The notes beneath the pieces are model-generated. The model was not told where the DNA came from, did no database searches, and worked only from the letters and a program-made list of their open reading frames with translations. The position numbers were made by a program, and so were the translations under genes. This document shows positions 38,621-39,428 of a stretch of 39,428 nt of DNA, piece after piece. The stretch is taken from assembly GCA_021163645.1 (NCBI GenBank), contig JAGGTN010000017.1, positions 1 to 39,428 on the forward strand, in the 5' to 3' direction. Within the stretch, counting starts at the first letter, position 1, and each line of letters begins with the position of its first letter. This stretch comes from Candidatus Micrarchaeota archaeon (GTDB lineage: Archaea; Micrarchaeota; Micrarchaeia; Anstonellales; JAGGTN01).

Positions 38621-39425
38621 CTATAAGAGTTTAGCGAGGTTTCTTATATCTTTACCAGCCACATGTGTATAGATTTGGGTTGTTCTCAGGCTTTTATGCC
38701 CAAGTAATTGCTGAATATACCTGATATCAGCTCCTGCCTCCAGCAGATGTGTGGCAAAGCTATGCCTTAAAGTGTGAGGAGTAACCTTCTTTTTAATCCC
38801 TGCTTTTCTTGCAGCATTTTTTACTATTTGCTGAATCGTTCTTTTGTTGTATTCGCCACTGTTTTGTGACATAAAAACCAACCCTGTTCGTTAATACCAT
38901 AAACCTTTAACACTTCCTTCAATCTGGGATGCACACAACCCTCTCTTTTCTTCCTTTAGCTGTTTTAATATGAATGGTGTCTCTACCAAAATCTATGTCT
39001 TGCCATTTCAGATTTCTAACTTCTTCTAAACGCAAGCCGGCATAATAAAGAAACATCAGAATAAGCTTGTGCTTGATGTTCACGGTTACTTTTATCATTT
39101 TGATTATTTCTTCTCTGTTTAGTACTATTGGCAATCTCAAATCTTTCTTGGCCAGTGGTATTCTCTCTTCAAATTTTTCATTTAGCACATTTTCATAGAA
39201 GAATTTCAGAGCGAAATAAACACTTCTCATCGTTGATCTGCTCTTATTTGAATAAGAAAGCAAAAATCCTCTTGGTGTTTTCCCAGATTTCAAAAACCTT
39301 TTCACAACCGAAATATAAGATTTGCCTGTCTGGTAGGAATACTTCCTTAATTTCACCTCTTCTATGAGTTTGCCTATCAGCTCATACCTCTCTTGTGGGG
39401 TAAGCTTTTTAACATTTAGAGTCAT
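38621..39425 (-). pseudogene. Tyrosine recombinase/integrase with N-terminal SAM-like domain, frameshifted near 38930
   Basis: GLRLEE, KGRKER in the first frame; [23 protein letters not shown]...[27 protein letters not shown]...TQIY in the shifted frame. Confidence 0.88.
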
Positions 39426-39428
39426 AAA

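Noticed and set aside
38370-39425. Integron (IntI + attC)
   Set aside because: The recombinase lacks the IntI-specific insertion before the HxxR box, the palindrome lacks clear RYYYAAC/GTTRRRY core sites, and there is no cassette array in the window.

Overview
AT-rich archaeal chromosomal window, most consistent with a DPANN lineage such as Micrarchaeota. This assignment is an inference from the separate PriS and PriL genes, the N-terminally short L37Ae, the multi-intron tRNAs and the cdc6/sepF arrangement. Most of the window is housekeeping: a KaiC/RAD55 ATPase, the proteasome-exosome superoperon (psmA-sbds-rrp4-rrp41-rrp42-rpl37ae-rpoP-pcc1-pfdB), Trm5, a bacterial-type MutS1, SRP54, PriS/PriL, Cgi121, Cdc6, SepF, TrmJ, a HemK-like methyltransferase, PheS/PheT, acylphosphatase and RadA. 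Four things stand out. (1) Two tRNA genes are split by BHB introns: tRNA-Arg(TCG) has 2 and tRNA-Thr(GGT) has 3. Two of the Thr introns carry the same ~62-nt structured element, and related palindromes occur in the Arg intron and free-standing near a frameshifted tyrosine recombinase, suggesting a REP-like element family that lives in or generates tRNA introns. (2) A five-gene cluster (pilin-like, CedA/VirB6-like, membrane coiled-coil, VirB4/CedB-like ATPase, wHTH) resembles a Ced/T4SS-like DNA-transfer machine. (3) Five dispersed intergenic G/T-rich mosaic repeat tracts share exact 31-40 nt blocks. (4) There is a tandem pair of catalytically degenerate HAD-like proteins. All protein calls come from motif recognition, not database searches.
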